This document shows positions 25,130 through 34,332 of a stretch of DNA of 39,010 bases, piece after piece; positions within the stretch are counted from its first letter, which is position 1; each line of letters opens with the position of its first letter. The notes beneath the pieces were generated by a model that made no database searches, was not told the DNA's origin, and was given only the letters and a program-made list of their open reading frames with translations. A program made the translations under genes and the position numbers. Origin of the DNA: a virus (Duplodnaviria > Caudoviricetes); the IMG/VR virus record IMGVR_UViG_3300033076_000331, positions 1 to 39,010 of that record; one strand, 5' to 3'.

Positions 25130-25199
25130 TTGACAAACAGCTTGGTTTGCTGTAAATAAACTTCGTACTGGCCCGATCGACCAGGGATTCTTTGGAATC
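25130..25199 (+). promoter_or_regulatory. Candidate promoter and structured leader of the scaffold gene
   Basis: TTGACA (25130-25135), 17 bp, TAAATA. Hairpins CTGG..CCAG (25168-25184) and GATTC-TTTG-GAATC (25186-25199) lie just before ATG 25203. Confidence 0.5.
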
Positions 25200-25202
25200 A
25201 AA

Positions 25203-25991
25203 ATGACTGATGAAGTGCAAGCCCTAGCGGAAGTAGACTCCGCGCCAGAACAGGTTGTGACGGCTGAACCTGTAGCTGAAGAAGTAAGTACGCCGGAAGA
25301 AAAGCCAGTTGAGCAAGCGACCAAGACCTTCACACAAGAAGAACTGGACGCCGCCATTGGTAAGCGCCTCGCAAGAGAACAGCGCAAATGGGAACGAGAA
25401 CAGGCCGCTAAACTTGCAGAAGTGCAAGCAAAGCAAGCTCCAAAGGAGATTCCGCCTGCCGATCAGTTTGAAAGCCCTGAAGCCTATGCGGAAGCATTGG
25501 CAATCAAAAAGGCTGAAGAATTGTTAGCAGAACGGGAACGCCAACGGCAGCAGACCCAAGCCCTGAACCAATATCATGAATTGGAAGAAGCAGCACGGGA
25601 AAAGTATAACGACTTTGAACAAGTCGCTTACAATCCTACACTGCGGATTACCAACGTGATGGCTGAAACGATCCAAAACTCTGAAATTGGCCCAGATATT
25701 GCTTATTATCTAGGTGCTAATGCCAAAGAAGCAGACCGTATCTCCCAACTGTCGCCCTTTTTGCAGGCCAAAGAAATTGGACGGATCGAGGCTAAATTAG
25801 CGTCTGATCCCCCCGTGAAACGTACAACTTCTGCACCACCGCCGATTACTCCCGTAACGTCGAGGGCTTCTGGAAATCCAACTTACGACACGACTGATCC
25901 ACGTTCTACCAAGAACACGACAGCGTCGGAATGGATAGAAGCCGAAAGACTACGTCAGATTAAGAAATGGGAAGCGCAGCGCAACCGCTAA
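25203..25991 (+). CDS. Capsid scaffolding protein
   Basis: Acidic, helical; KTFTQEELDAAIGKRL, GPDIAYYL, IGRIEAKL, APPPITPV; directly upstream of the coat gene. Confidence 0.85.
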   Translation: MTDEVQALAEVDSAPEQVVTAEPVAEEVSTPEEKPVEQATKTFTQEELDAAIGKRLAREQRKWEREQAAKLAEVQAKQAPKEIPPADQFESPEAYAEALAIKKAEELLAERERQRQQTQALNQYHELEEAAREKYNDFEQVAYNPTLRITNVMAETIQNSEIGPDIAYYLGANAKEADRISQLSPFLQAKEIGRIEAKLASDPPVKRTTSAPPPITPVTSRASGNPTYDTTDPRSTKNTTASEWIEAERLRQIKKWEAQRNR

Positions 25992-26006
25992 CTTTTAGAG
26001 GATATT

Positions 26007-27212
26007 ATGGCTAACTCACTACTAACTATTGATATGATTACGCGGAAGGCTCTCGAAATCCTCGAGAACAACCTCGTAATCACCCGTAACGTAAACCGTC
26101 AGTACGACGACAGCTTCGCTGTTGAAGGTGCTAAGATCGGTTCTACTCTGCGTATCCGCTTGCCGGATCGTGCTCTTGTAACTGACGGTGCTGCCCTGCA
26201 AACACAGGACGACAACGAACAGTACACCACGCTGTCTGTTGCTTCTCAAAAGCACATCGGCATCAACTTCACCAGCGCCGAACTGACCATGCAGTTGGAC
26301 GACTTTGCTGACCGCGTGCTGAAGCCACGTATCAGCCAGTTGGCCGCCTCTGTGGACGCCGACGTTGCTAACGCTTTCAAGTATATTGGTAACAGTGTTG
26401 GTACTCCTGGCACAACGCCTGGCACTTCTTTGGTTCTGTTGCAAGCTCAACAGAAGCTGAACGAAAATGCCGCTGGCATGTCTCCTCGTTATGCCACAGT
26501 CAACCCAGCCGCTAACGCTGCTCTGGTTGAAGGCATGAAGGGCTTGTTCAACCCAACTTCTACTATCAGCAAACAGTTCAAGGCTGGCATGATGGGCGAA
26601 GGCATTTTGGGCTTGGAAGAAGTCAACATGTCTCAGTCGATCAAGAACTTCACAACTGGTACTCGCGGCACAACCGCTTCTGTTGCTACTTCAGTAACTT
26701 CTGAAGGCGCAAGCACAATTGCTTTGACTGTTGCTTCCAGCGGTCAAACAATCAAGACTGGTGACGTATTCACGATCTCTGGCGTTTACGCTGTAAACCC
26801 ACAAACTCGTGAATCAACTGGTTCTCTGTTCCAGTTCGTTTCCTTGACTGACGTTACAGCCAGCGGTACTGCTGCTACTGTGACTGTTGCTCCTATTTAC
26901 TCTGCTGCTCATGCTCTGGCTACTGTTGATGTGTTGCCTACTTCTGGCGCAAGCAACGTAACTTTCTTGGGTTCTGCTTCTACTGGTTATGCTCAGAATC
27001 TTGTGTACCACAAAGATGCGATTGCTTTTGCAACTGCTGACTTGTTGTTACCACAAGGCGTTGACATGGCTTCTCGCGCAGTTCACAACGGCATCAGCTT
27101 ACGCGTTGTTCGTCAATACGACATCAACAACGACCGTATGCCATGCCGCGTAGACGTCCTGTACGGCTACAGCGTGATCCGTCCACAGATGGCCTGCCGC
27201 GTTTGGGGCTAA
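26007..27212 (+). CDS. Major capsid protein (P22 coat family)
   Basis: MANSLLTIDMITRKALEILENNL, KIGSTLRIRLP, YHKDAIAFATADL, CRVDVLYG; strong codon bias; GAGGA RBS. Confidence 0.93.
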   Translation: MANSLLTIDMITRKALEILENNLVITRNVNRQYDDSFAVEGAKIGSTLRIRLPDRALVTDGAALQTQDDNEQYTTLSVASQKHIGINFTSAELTMQLDDFADRVLKPRISQLAASVDADVANAFKYIGNSVGTPGTTPGTSLVLLQAQQKLNENAAGMSPRYATVNPAANAALVEGMKGLFNPTSTISKQFKAGMMGEGILGLEEVNMSQSIKNFTTGTRGTTASVATSVTSEGASTIALTVASSGQTIKTGDVFTISGVYAVNPQTRESTGSLFQFVSLTDVTASGTAATVTVAPIYSAAHALATVDVLPTSGASNVTFLGSASTGYAQNLVYHKDAIAFATADLLLPQGVDMASRAVHNGISLRVVRQYDINNDRMPCRVDVLYGYSVIRPQMACRVWG

Positions 27213-27220
27213 TCGTAACG

Positions 27221-27245
27221 GCCCCTGTTTCGGCGGGGGCTTTTT
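27221..27245 (+). terminator. Rho-independent terminator after the capsid gene
   Basis: GCCCCTGT-TTCG-GCGGGGGC followed by TTTTT. Confidence 0.85.
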
Positions 27246-27269
27246 GAAACTTTTTATTGGAGATATACA

Positions 27270-27668
27270 ATGCCTATTCCTAATGGTTCTGGTGGGTATC
27301 AAATCGGTTCTGGTAACAACAGCGAAGTAATTCTTGGCTATTGCGCTGTTCCTCCTACCGCTACTGATACTGCTACTTTGACTGCTGCTCAAGTCACTAG
27401 CGAAATGTTGGTCTGCACTCCAACTGCTGCTGCTGTGTACACGCTTCCAACTGCTGCTTCTATTGATACAGCCGTTCCTAGCGCACGCGCAGGTAGCACG
27501 TTTGATTTTTCAATCGTAAACACTGCTGCTTTTACTACTAACTTGGCTCTCGGCACTGGCATCACCAATGGTGGCGGCGCTCTGACTGCTAATGCTGCTA
27601 GTACAAGTGCTACGTATCGTTTCCGTAAAACCGGCGACGCTGCGTATACTGTGTACAAGGTTGCTTAA
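27270..27668 (+). CDS. Putative capsid decoration protein (132 aa)
   Basis: GGAG RBS; A/T-rich, YTLPTAA motif; capsid-like codon bias; follows the coat gene. Confidence 0.6.
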   Translation: MPIPNGSGGYQIGSGNNSEVILGYCAVPPTATDTATLTAAQVTSEMLVCTPTAAAVYTLPTAASIDTAVPSARAGSTFDFSIVNTAAFTTNLALGTGITNGGGALTANAASTSATYRFRKTGDAAYTVYKVA

Positions 27669-27676
27669 TCTGAATA

Positions 27677-27700
27677 GCCCCGCTTCGGCGGGGCGTTCTT
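27677..27700 (+). terminator. UUCG hairpin or weak terminator
   Basis: GCCCCGC-TTCG-GCGGGGC followed by GTTCTT. Confidence 0.65.
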
Positions 27701-27714
27701 AACGGAGAATCAAC

Positions 27715-27942
27715 ATGCCTAATACTCAAGCTACTGGTGTAGCTTATGCTGATCCACAAGTGAGCAGCGTAACTTTCACCACTGTAACTGTAGCCTCGTT
27801 GCCTACGGCTTCTACTGCTCTTAGGGGCATGAAGATGTTCGTGAGCGATGCTACTGCGACTACTTTTGCTTCTACTGTTGCTGGCGGCGGTGCAAACTAC
27901 GTGCCTGTCTACTGTAACGGATCGAACTGGGTAATCGGCTAA
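27715..27942 (+). CDS. Small putative capsid-associated protein (75 aa); paralog of 23462-23746
   Basis: GGAG RBS; TVASLPTA...FVSDATATTFASTVAGGGANYVPVYCNGSNW. Confidence 0.72.
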   Translation: MPNTQATGVAYADPQVSSVTFTTVTVASLPTASTALRGMKMFVSDATATTFASTVAGGGANYVPVYCNGSNWVIG

Positions 27943-27945
27943 TAT

Positions 27946-27967
27946 ACGGGGCTTCGGCCCCGTTTCT
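27946..27967 (+). terminator. UUCG hairpin or terminator
   Basis: ACGGGGC-TTCG-GCCCCGT followed by TTCT. Confidence 0.65.
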
Positions 27968-27972
27968 AAATT

Positions 27973-28182
27973 ATGCCTCTAATTTATTTACAACACCCCC
28001 AGCATGGCGTTAAAATAGCGACATTGGAACTGGAAGCCGAACACGACGAACAACACGGCTGGGAACGCTTCGACCCCGACACGCCTTCGGTTAAACAGGC
28101 GGCTCCTGTTGAGCAGGAAGTGACGAATCAGTTGCCGCGCAAGCGCGGCAGACAGCCTTCCGTACAACAGGGTGACGCATGA
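27973..28182 (+). CDS. Hypothetical protein (69 aa)
   Basis: IYLQHPQHGVKIA...E..HDE..GW; basic RKRGR tail; ATGA overlap with the next gene. Confidence 0.7.
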   Translation: MPLIYLQHPQHGVKIATLELEAEHDEQHGWERFDPDTPSVKQAAPVEQEVTNQLPRKRGRQPSVQQGDA

Positions 28183-28904
28183 CCACTACCGCTGGCGATC
28201 AAATCAATCGTGCATTACGATTATTAGGCGTATTAGCTGAAGGCGAGACGTCTTCGGCTGAAGTGTCACAGGACGCGCTGGTTGCATTTAACCAGATGAT
28301 TGACTCGTGGAATACCGAAAAGCTGTCGGTCTATAACACGATTGACCAGACGTTTAACTGGCCTGCGGGCGAAATTCAACAGCACCTCGGCCCTACTGGG
28401 TCGGCTTTTGGCGGTTTTGATGGTATTCGTCCTATTTTATTAGACGACTCGACCTACTACCGCGATCCTGGCACAAACGTATCGTTCGGTATTAAGTTCA
28501 TTAACCAACAGCAGTATGACGGCATTGCTGTCAAAACGGTAACTTCCACGTATCCACAAGTCATGTGGATTAACATGGAGTATCCGAACATTCAGATGAC
28601 CGTTTACCCTAAGCCTACGCGCTTACTGGAATGGCATTTTATTTCCGTGCAGGAACTATCACAGCCTGCAACGCTGGCGACTGAATTAGCGTTTCCGCCA
28701 GGTTATTTGCGAGCGTTCGTATACAACCTAGCAATGGAACTCGCCCCTGAGTTCGGCGTTGAGCCATCAAATCAGGTGCAGCGCATTGCGATGACTAGCA
28801 AGCGCAATATTAAGCGCATCAACAACCCTGACGATATTATGTCTATGCCATATAGTCTTGTGGCAACTCGTCAACGCTTTAACATTTACGCGGGCAATTA
28901 CTAA
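28179..28904 (+). CDS. Head-to-tail adaptor (P22 gp4-like)
   Basis: TAGDQINRALRLLGV...FNQMIDSW...FPPGYLRAFVYNLAMELAPEFG; gene order. Confidence 0.8.
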   Translation: MTTTAGDQINRALRLLGVLAEGETSSAEVSQDALVAFNQMIDSWNTEKLSVYNTIDQTFNWPAGEIQQHLGPTGSAFGGFDGIRPILLDDSTYYRDPGTNVSFGIKFINQQQYDGIAVKTVTSTYPQVMWINMEYPNIQMTVYPKPTRLLEWHFISVQELSQPATLATELAFPPGYLRAFVYNLAMELAPEFGVEPSNQVQRIAMTSKRNIKRINNPDDIMSMPYSLVATRQRFNIYAGNY

Positions 28905-30721
28905 TGAAGACGCCGATTCTAGGATCGGCGTATGTCGCTCGCAGCGTCAACGCTGCCGACAACCGCATGGTCAATCTGTTTCCAGAAGTCGTGCCAGAAG
29001 GCGGCAAAGAAGCTGCCTTCTTAAACCGTGCGCCTGGACTTCGACTTTTAACCACTATTGGAGATGGCCCGATTCGTGGGTTATGGACGTTTGGCGGAAA
29101 TGGCTATATAGTTAGCGGTAATGAACTATATAAGATCAACTCGCTATACACTGCTACGCTATTAGGCACAGTTGACGGTACGGGGCCAGTCAGTATGGCA
29201 AGTAACGTCAATACGGCTGAAGTCGGTAGCAACGCGCAGTTGATGATTGCCTGTAATCCGAACTCGTACATTTACGACACAACTACAGGCACGTTCAGCC
29301 AGATCACTACTGATCAGTTCCGAGGCGCTAAACTCGTAGACTTTATCTCGCCAGGCTATTTCGTGGCGATGCAGTCTAATGGACTGACGTTTCAAATCTC
29401 AGCGATTAACGATGGCCTGACTTGGGATATTCTTGACTTCTCAACCGTTGATGGCAGCCCCGATGCGTTAGTCAGCATGATCGTTGACCATAACGAAATC
29501 TGGTTGTTCGGTACTCAATCTGTCGAAGTCTGGTATTACAACGGCGATGTTGACTTTCCTTTTGCCCGTATTCAGGGCGCGTTTAACGAAATCGGCTGCG
29601 CTGCGGCCTATTCTGTTGCCAAGTTGGATAACGGTCTATTCTGGCTAGGCGCTGACGCGCGTGGGCAGGGCATTGTCTATCGGTCTAATGGCTACACTGG
29701 CACACGCATATCTACTCATGCGATTGAATACGCCATCGCACAGTACGATGTTATTTCCGATGCTATTGCCTATACTTATCAGCAAGAAGGCCATTCGTTC
29801 TATGTGTTGACGTTCCCAACAGCCAACGCAACATGGGTATACGATGTCGCCACTCAAGCATGGCACGAACGTGCGTATTGGGAAAACTCACACTTTAACC
29901 GTCATCGCAGCAACTGTCAGATGGCGTTTAATGGCGAAGTGATTGTTGGCGATTTCGTCAACGGAAACATATACGCGTTCGACTTAGATGTATATGAAGA
30001 CAATGGCAACACGCAACGCTGGTTGCGCTCATGGCGTGCCATTCCAACAGGGCAAAATGACCTTAAACGTGCTGCGCACCATAGCCTGCAACTAGATTGC
30101 GAATCTGGTGTAGGCATATTAGATCAGTATTCTCAAGGTGATCTATCTACAGAATATGGCGGGTTAGTAGCTTCTGGCACTTATGAGCTAAACTTATATC
30201 CTGGGTTTGGTTACGAAAATTATATATATTGTTTAGGTGACCCTGCATTGCAAGGCGTTGCAGTAGGACAACTTGTATCGGGTTCGTATATACAAACAGG
30301 CACTACAGTTATCTCTATAGGTTATGATCCATCTGAATTACCTACTTATGATTATTGGATTTATTTAAGTTTACCTACAACTAATTTAACAGCAGTATCA
30401 GAAACTGTTAGTTTTTATGCCTCAGAGCCTACTCTAACTATCACAACCGAATCCGACGAAGTATTATCTATAGACGCGCCAATTACACTTGGCGCTGACC
30501 CTAAAGTCATGCTGCGCTGGTCTGACGATGGCGGCCATACATGGTCTAATGAGCATTGGGCTAATATGGGTAAAATCGGTGAATATTACAAACGCGTATT
30601 CTGGCGACGTTTGGGTATGACGCTCAAACTGCGTGACCGCGTGTATGAAATCTCTGGTACTGATCCAGTTAAGATTGCAATTATGGGTGCTGAACTGCAC
30701 GCCAGCGGAACTAACGCGTAA
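28904..30721 (+). CDS. Tail hub / DNA stabilization protein (P22 gp10-like)
   Basis: [47 protein letters not shown]; carries an AT-rich insertion at about 30110-30490. Confidence 0.85.
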   Translation: MKTPILGSAYVARSVNAADNRMVNLFPEVVPEGGKEAAFLNRAPGLRLLTTIGDGPIRGLWTFGGNGYIVSGNELYKINSLYTATLLGTVDGTGPVSMASNVNTAEVGSNAQLMIACNPNSYIYDTTTGTFSQITTDQFRGAKLVDFISPGYFVAMQSNGLTFQISAINDGLTWDILDFSTVDGSPDALVSMIVDHNEIWLFGTQSVEVWYYNGDVDFPFARIQGAFNEIGCAAAYSVAKLDNGLFWLGADARGQGIVYRSNGYTGTRISTHAIEYAIAQYDVISDAIAYTYQQEGHSFYVLTFPTANATWVYDVATQAWHERAYWENSHFNRHRSNCQMAFNGEVIVGDFVNGNIYAFDLDVYEDNGNTQRWLRSWRAIPTGQNDLKRAAHHSLQLDCESGVGILDQYSQGDLSTEYGGLVASGTYELNLYPGFGYENYIYCLGDPALQGVAVGQLVSGSYIQTGTTVISIGYDPSELPTYDYWIYLSLPTTNLTAVSETVSFYASEPTLTITTESDEVLSIDAPITLGADPKVMLRWSDDGGHTWSNEHWANMGKIGEYYKRVFWRRLGMTLKLRDRVYEISGTDPVKIAIMGAELHASGTNA

Positions 30722-31794
30722 TGGCAATCAATACGCAAATCACGCCACCTAGAGTCGAGCTTGTCGATCCAAAGACAGGACTTGTCTCGCGTGAATGGTA
30801 TCGGTTCTTTTTTAGCCTCTATACCGCTTCTGACACACCCGCAGTGCTGCCTATCAACCAAGGCGGCACGGGGCTGTCTGACGTTCCGGCTAATGGCGAA
30901 CTTCTGATTGGTAACGGTAGCGGATATACGCTCAATCCATTAACCGCAGGCACGGGAATCGAAGTCACTAACGGCGCAGGCACAATCAATGTCGCCAATG
31001 GTGGCGTACTGTCTAACACAGCAGGCGATGGTATTTCCATCATCAATAATGTCGGCAACAGCATCATTGGCGCTAATGCCCATGAAGCCTATGCCATGTT
31101 CTATAGCACAGCTAATCAGAACGATGGCTCGACAACTGACGCGTATCCGATAGACTACACTGACACGGCGTACAGCAAGAACATTACACTTGCCAGCCAG
31201 ACGGCGGTATTTACCGCCTCCATCGGCCCTGCCAGCACTACAATGACTGTAACGGCAGTAACTTCAGGCACAATCATTCCTGGCATGGACTTGACGGGTA
31301 CGGGCGTGACCGCCGGTACGCACGTTGTCACGCAGTTGACGGGTACGACCGGAAGTACGGGAACGTATCAGGTCAGTACATCGCAGACTGTGGCGTCTAC
31401 AACGATCACAGGGACTGTGGCGTCCAGAATCACATTTGGGCTGGCTGGGCTGTACAACATTCAATTTAGTATGCAATTCGTCAATACAAATATTGCCGTC
31501 CACGATATTGACATTTGGTTCCGTAAAAACGGCACGGATATTGCTGAAACTAATAGTCAGTTTTCTGTTCCTGCAAAACACGCGCTTGTGGACGGACACG
31601 CCCTTGGCGTCGCCAATCTGTTCGTTGATGTGATTGCGGGCGACTATGTGGAACTAATGTGGCACACTAATGACACAGGCGCTACAATCCAGTATATTGG
31701 CCCCCAGACCGCGCCTACGCGCCCTGGCACGCCCTCGGTTATTGTCACCGTAGCCCCAGCCGCACCGCCGGTATTGCAGGGTACATATTTATGA
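30721..31794 (+). CDS. Tail needle/fibre-like protein (gp26 position)
   Basis: [23 protein letters not shown]-terminus; GGTG fibre repeat; C1q/TNF-like C-terminal domain ([11 protein letters not shown]...WFRKNG...GDYVELMW). Confidence 0.65.
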   Translation: MAINTQITPPRVELVDPKTGLVSREWYRFFFSLYTASDTPAVLPINQGGTGLSDVPANGELLIGNGSGYTLNPLTAGTGIEVTNGAGTINVANGGVLSNTAGDGISIINNVGNSIIGANAHEAYAMFYSTANQNDGSTTDAYPIDYTDTAYSKNITLASQTAVFTASIGPASTTMTVTAVTSGTIIPGMDLTGTGVTAGTHVVTQLTGTTGSTGTYQVSTSQTVASTTITGTVASRITFGLAGLYNIQFSMQFVNTNIAVHDIDIWFRKNGTDIAETNSQFSVPAKHALVDGHALGVANLFVDVIAGDYVELMWHTNDTGATIQYIGPQTAPTRPGTPSVIVTVAPAAPPVLQGTYL

Positions 31795-32252
31795 CCGATG
31801 TAATAGAGCAAAACTTTTTTGCGTTAGATAAGCCCTTGACAGATAGGGTAAATGCGCTTAAGACGGAATTGCTCAAGATGGAACAAATAGACCTGCCAAC
31901 GCAGCATTTGTTTCACGGCGGCATGTATTGTCGTCAAGTTTGGCGGCCAGCGGGTTGTACGATTGTAGGCAAAGTGCACAAGAAAGAGCACTTTTATATG
32001 GTCGTTGAAGGAACTGTGATTGTAACCACAGACGAAGGGGCGCAGGAACTAACTGCGCCTGCTTTGCTTTGTTCTAAACCTGGCACGCAACGGGCGGTAT
32101 TTGCGGTAACAGATGCGATGTGCATGACAATCCATCGGGCTGATGCCAACACAGTTGAAGGCGCAGCAGATGAATTAGTTGAGGATGATCCTGACAGTAT
32201 GTTCGACGCACTGAACAACTTGAAAGATAAACAGATTGAGGTGAAGTTATGA
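31791..32252 (+). CDS. Cupin-fold protein preceding the ejection proteins
   Basis: [10 protein letters not shown]...[18 protein letters not shown]...PGTQR...TIH. Confidence 0.7.
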   Translation: MTDVIEQNFFALDKPLTDRVNALKTELLKMEQIDLPTQHLFHGGMYCRQVWRPAGCTIVGKVHKKEHFYMVVEGTVIVTTDEGAQELTAPALLCSKPGTQRAVFAVTDAMCMTIHRADANTVEGAADELVEDDPDSMFDALNNLKDKQIEVKL

Positions 32253-33022
32253 CTTGGGCAGTAACAGCGGCAACCGTTGGGCAGATAGGCAGTAGTTTAC
32301 TTGGCGGCGCATCTGCACGTAAACAAGCGGAAGCTCAGGCAAGAGCGCTTGCAGAAGCTAAAGGGCAAGTTGGTCAAGCCTATCAGACTAGCAAAGGCTA
32401 CTACGATCCGTACTATCAAACAGGTACGGCTGCCAGCAATCGGCTTGCCGAACTGATGGGTATTGGCGGTAGCACTGCTGCACCTGGTTACGGCTCAATG
32501 ATGCGTGACTTCAGCATGGCTGATTATCAACAAGACCCTGGATATCAGTTCCGTCTACAAGAAGGGCTAAAAGCACTTCAAGGTAGAGCCAGTGCTCGTG
32601 GTGGTCTGCTGTCCGGCGCTACGATTCGTGGCGGTCAGAAGTATGCACAAGATGTTGCCTCACAAGAGTATGGCAACGCTTATGATCGTTATATGGCGCA
32701 AAATTTACAGCGATATAACATGCTTCGTGGACAACAGCAGACCGGCTATCAGGCTGGTGGCGATCTAGCTAATCTCAGCACAGGCTATGGCGCAAACATG
32801 GCGAATTTTGCTTTGGGTCAAGGTGGGATTGATGCTGCTAAGACAGGAAGTCAATACAAAATGTACGGCGATATTCTTGGTTCAGTAACTAATGCTTTAG
32901 GTTCTTACATGGGTGGTAAAATGCCTTCTGCTGGCGGCGGCAGTGCAGGCGGCGGGTCAACTTATGGCGGGTATGGTAGCTATGATCTAAACAACCCATT
33001 TAGCACTAGCTGGGGTAAATAA
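32249..33022 (+). CDS. DNA ejection (pilot) protein, P22 gp7-like
   Basis: Hydrophobic G/A-rich N-terminus; PYYQTG; DPGYQFRLQEG; ARGGLLSGAT. Confidence 0.8.
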   Translation: MTWAVTAATVGQIGSSLLGGASARKQAEAQARALAEAKGQVGQAYQTSKGYYDPYYQTGTAASNRLAELMGIGGSTAAPGYGSMMRDFSMADYQQDPGYQFRLQEGLKALQGRASARGGLLSGATIRGGQKYAQDVASQEYGNAYDRYMAQNLQRYNMLRGQQQTGYQAGGDLANLSTGYGANMANFALGQGGIDAAKTGSQYKMYGDILGSVTNALGSYMGGKMPSAGGGSAGGGSTYGGYGSYDLNNPFSTSWGK

Positions 33023-33024
33023 TA

Positions 33025-34332
33025 ATGCCAGAAGTTAACTTTAATCTTTTAGCTCCTACCGCTGACCTTTACTCTGGTCCACAAGTCCAGATGGACCCAG
33101 TAGCCGCCTACGAAAAGGCTAAGGCTACTCGTCAGTCGAATATGCTTGCACAGCTATACGCCAAGCACTACGACCCACAAACAGGTGGCGTGAACTATAA
33201 TGCGTTGATCCCAGAGGCCGCGCAGAGCGGGCTGGATGTCTCTCAGCTTATGCCTGGTGTTCGTGAGCAGCAAGAGAACATGGCGAGCATCGCTCAAAAG
33301 CGTGCGTTACAGCAACAGGAAGAAGCGACAGCAGCGGCTAAACAGCAGGAAATTGATCAAGCCAAAATGAAACAGTTGGCTACAGAATCTTATGGCCGTT
33401 TTCGCAGTGTAAAAAATGCTGATGATTTGCTTGCATGGCATTTAGCAAATCCTGAATTGCCAGGCACTAATAAAGCTGAAAGAACAGCACGACTGCAAGC
33501 GCAATTGGCGCAACCAGGCGGCTATGAAGCTGCACGCTCTGAAATTGAAGCTGCGTTGCAAGACATTACAGGAATTAAGCCTGAAAAAGTCACTGAAACT
33601 GATTTAGCTAAATTGATCCGCGAACAGAAAGATTACAAGCCAAATTCGCCAGAATGGAAAGCGTATCAAAGAAAAATAGACGAAGCATCTGGAGGATTGA
33701 CAGCATATCAAACAGCGTATTTAGCTCATTTAGCTGAACAAGAAAAACGTCTTTCAACACCTGCTACTGGCGGCGGTAAAACAACTGTTTCTCAAGAACA
33801 AGCAAATTATAACGTAAATCGCTTGCTAAATGCAGCCAATCAAATTACTGCTGCTATGACAGCAGAAGAAGGCGTTCAAAAACCAGGCTTAAAAGAAGCT
33901 GTTGTGAAAGGAACTTTTCCATCACTTACTGGCGCAGTACAAAGCGGGCAACGACAAATAGTAGACGCAGCGCAAACAGATATGTTAGACGCATTGCTAT
34001 ACTTGTCTACTGGCGCTGCATACAACAAAGAGCAGCTTGAAGGACAAAAGAAATCGTACCTTCCTAGCTTCTTAGATAAACCAGAAACTGTCGCGGCAAA
34101 ACAGCAGCGGTTAATTACATTGATCCAAGATGCTAAGACGCGTGCAGGTAATGCTTGGACTCCAGACATGGATAAGAAGATGGACCTTATTCTTTCTTCG
34201 TTCAAGGCTGCTGGCACACAACCTGCTGCTGGCGGTAGTAATATTCCTACTGTAACTACGCAAAAACAATATGACGCGCTTCCTAAAGGCGCTCAGTTTT
34301 ATGAAGACGGTAAGCTATACAGGAAACCATAA
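33025..34332 (+). CDS. Putative DNA ejection protein (gp20 position)
   Basis: A/Q-rich helical protein, second in the ejection cluster. Confidence 0.65.
   Translation: MPEVNFNLLAPTADLYSGPQVQMDPVAAYEKAKATRQSNMLAQLYAKHYDPQTGGVNYNALIPEAAQSGLDVSQLMPGVREQQENMASIAQKRALQQQEEATAAAKQQEIDQAKMKQLATESYGRFRSVKNADDLLAWHLANPELPGTNKAERTARLQAQLAQPGGYEAARSEIEAALQDITGIKPEKVTETDLAKLIREQKDYKPNSPEWKAYQRKIDEASGGLTAYQTAYLAHLAEQEKRLSTPATGGGKTTVSQEQANYNVNRLLNAANQITAAMTAEEGVQKPGLKEAVVKGTFPSLTGAVQSGQRQIVDAAQTDMLDALLYLSTGAAYNKEQLEGQKKSYLPSFLDKPETVAAKQQRLITLIQDAKTRAGNAWTPDMDKKMDLILSSFKAAGTQPAAGGSNIPTVTTQKQYDALPKGAQFYEDGKLYRKP

Noticed and set aside
27190-27270. Frameshift or read-through extension of the coat protein
   Set aside because: The TAA stop is followed by a terminator, the next gene has its own RBS, and no slippery heptamer is evident.
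30110-30490. Intein or intron in gp10
   Set aside because: The frame is open, there are no intein C-terminal HN-C/S/T or homing endonuclease motifs, and it reads as a structural domain.
31836-31865. TTGACA promoter inside the cupin gene
   Set aside because: It lies within coding sequence with no convincing -10 box at the correct spacing.
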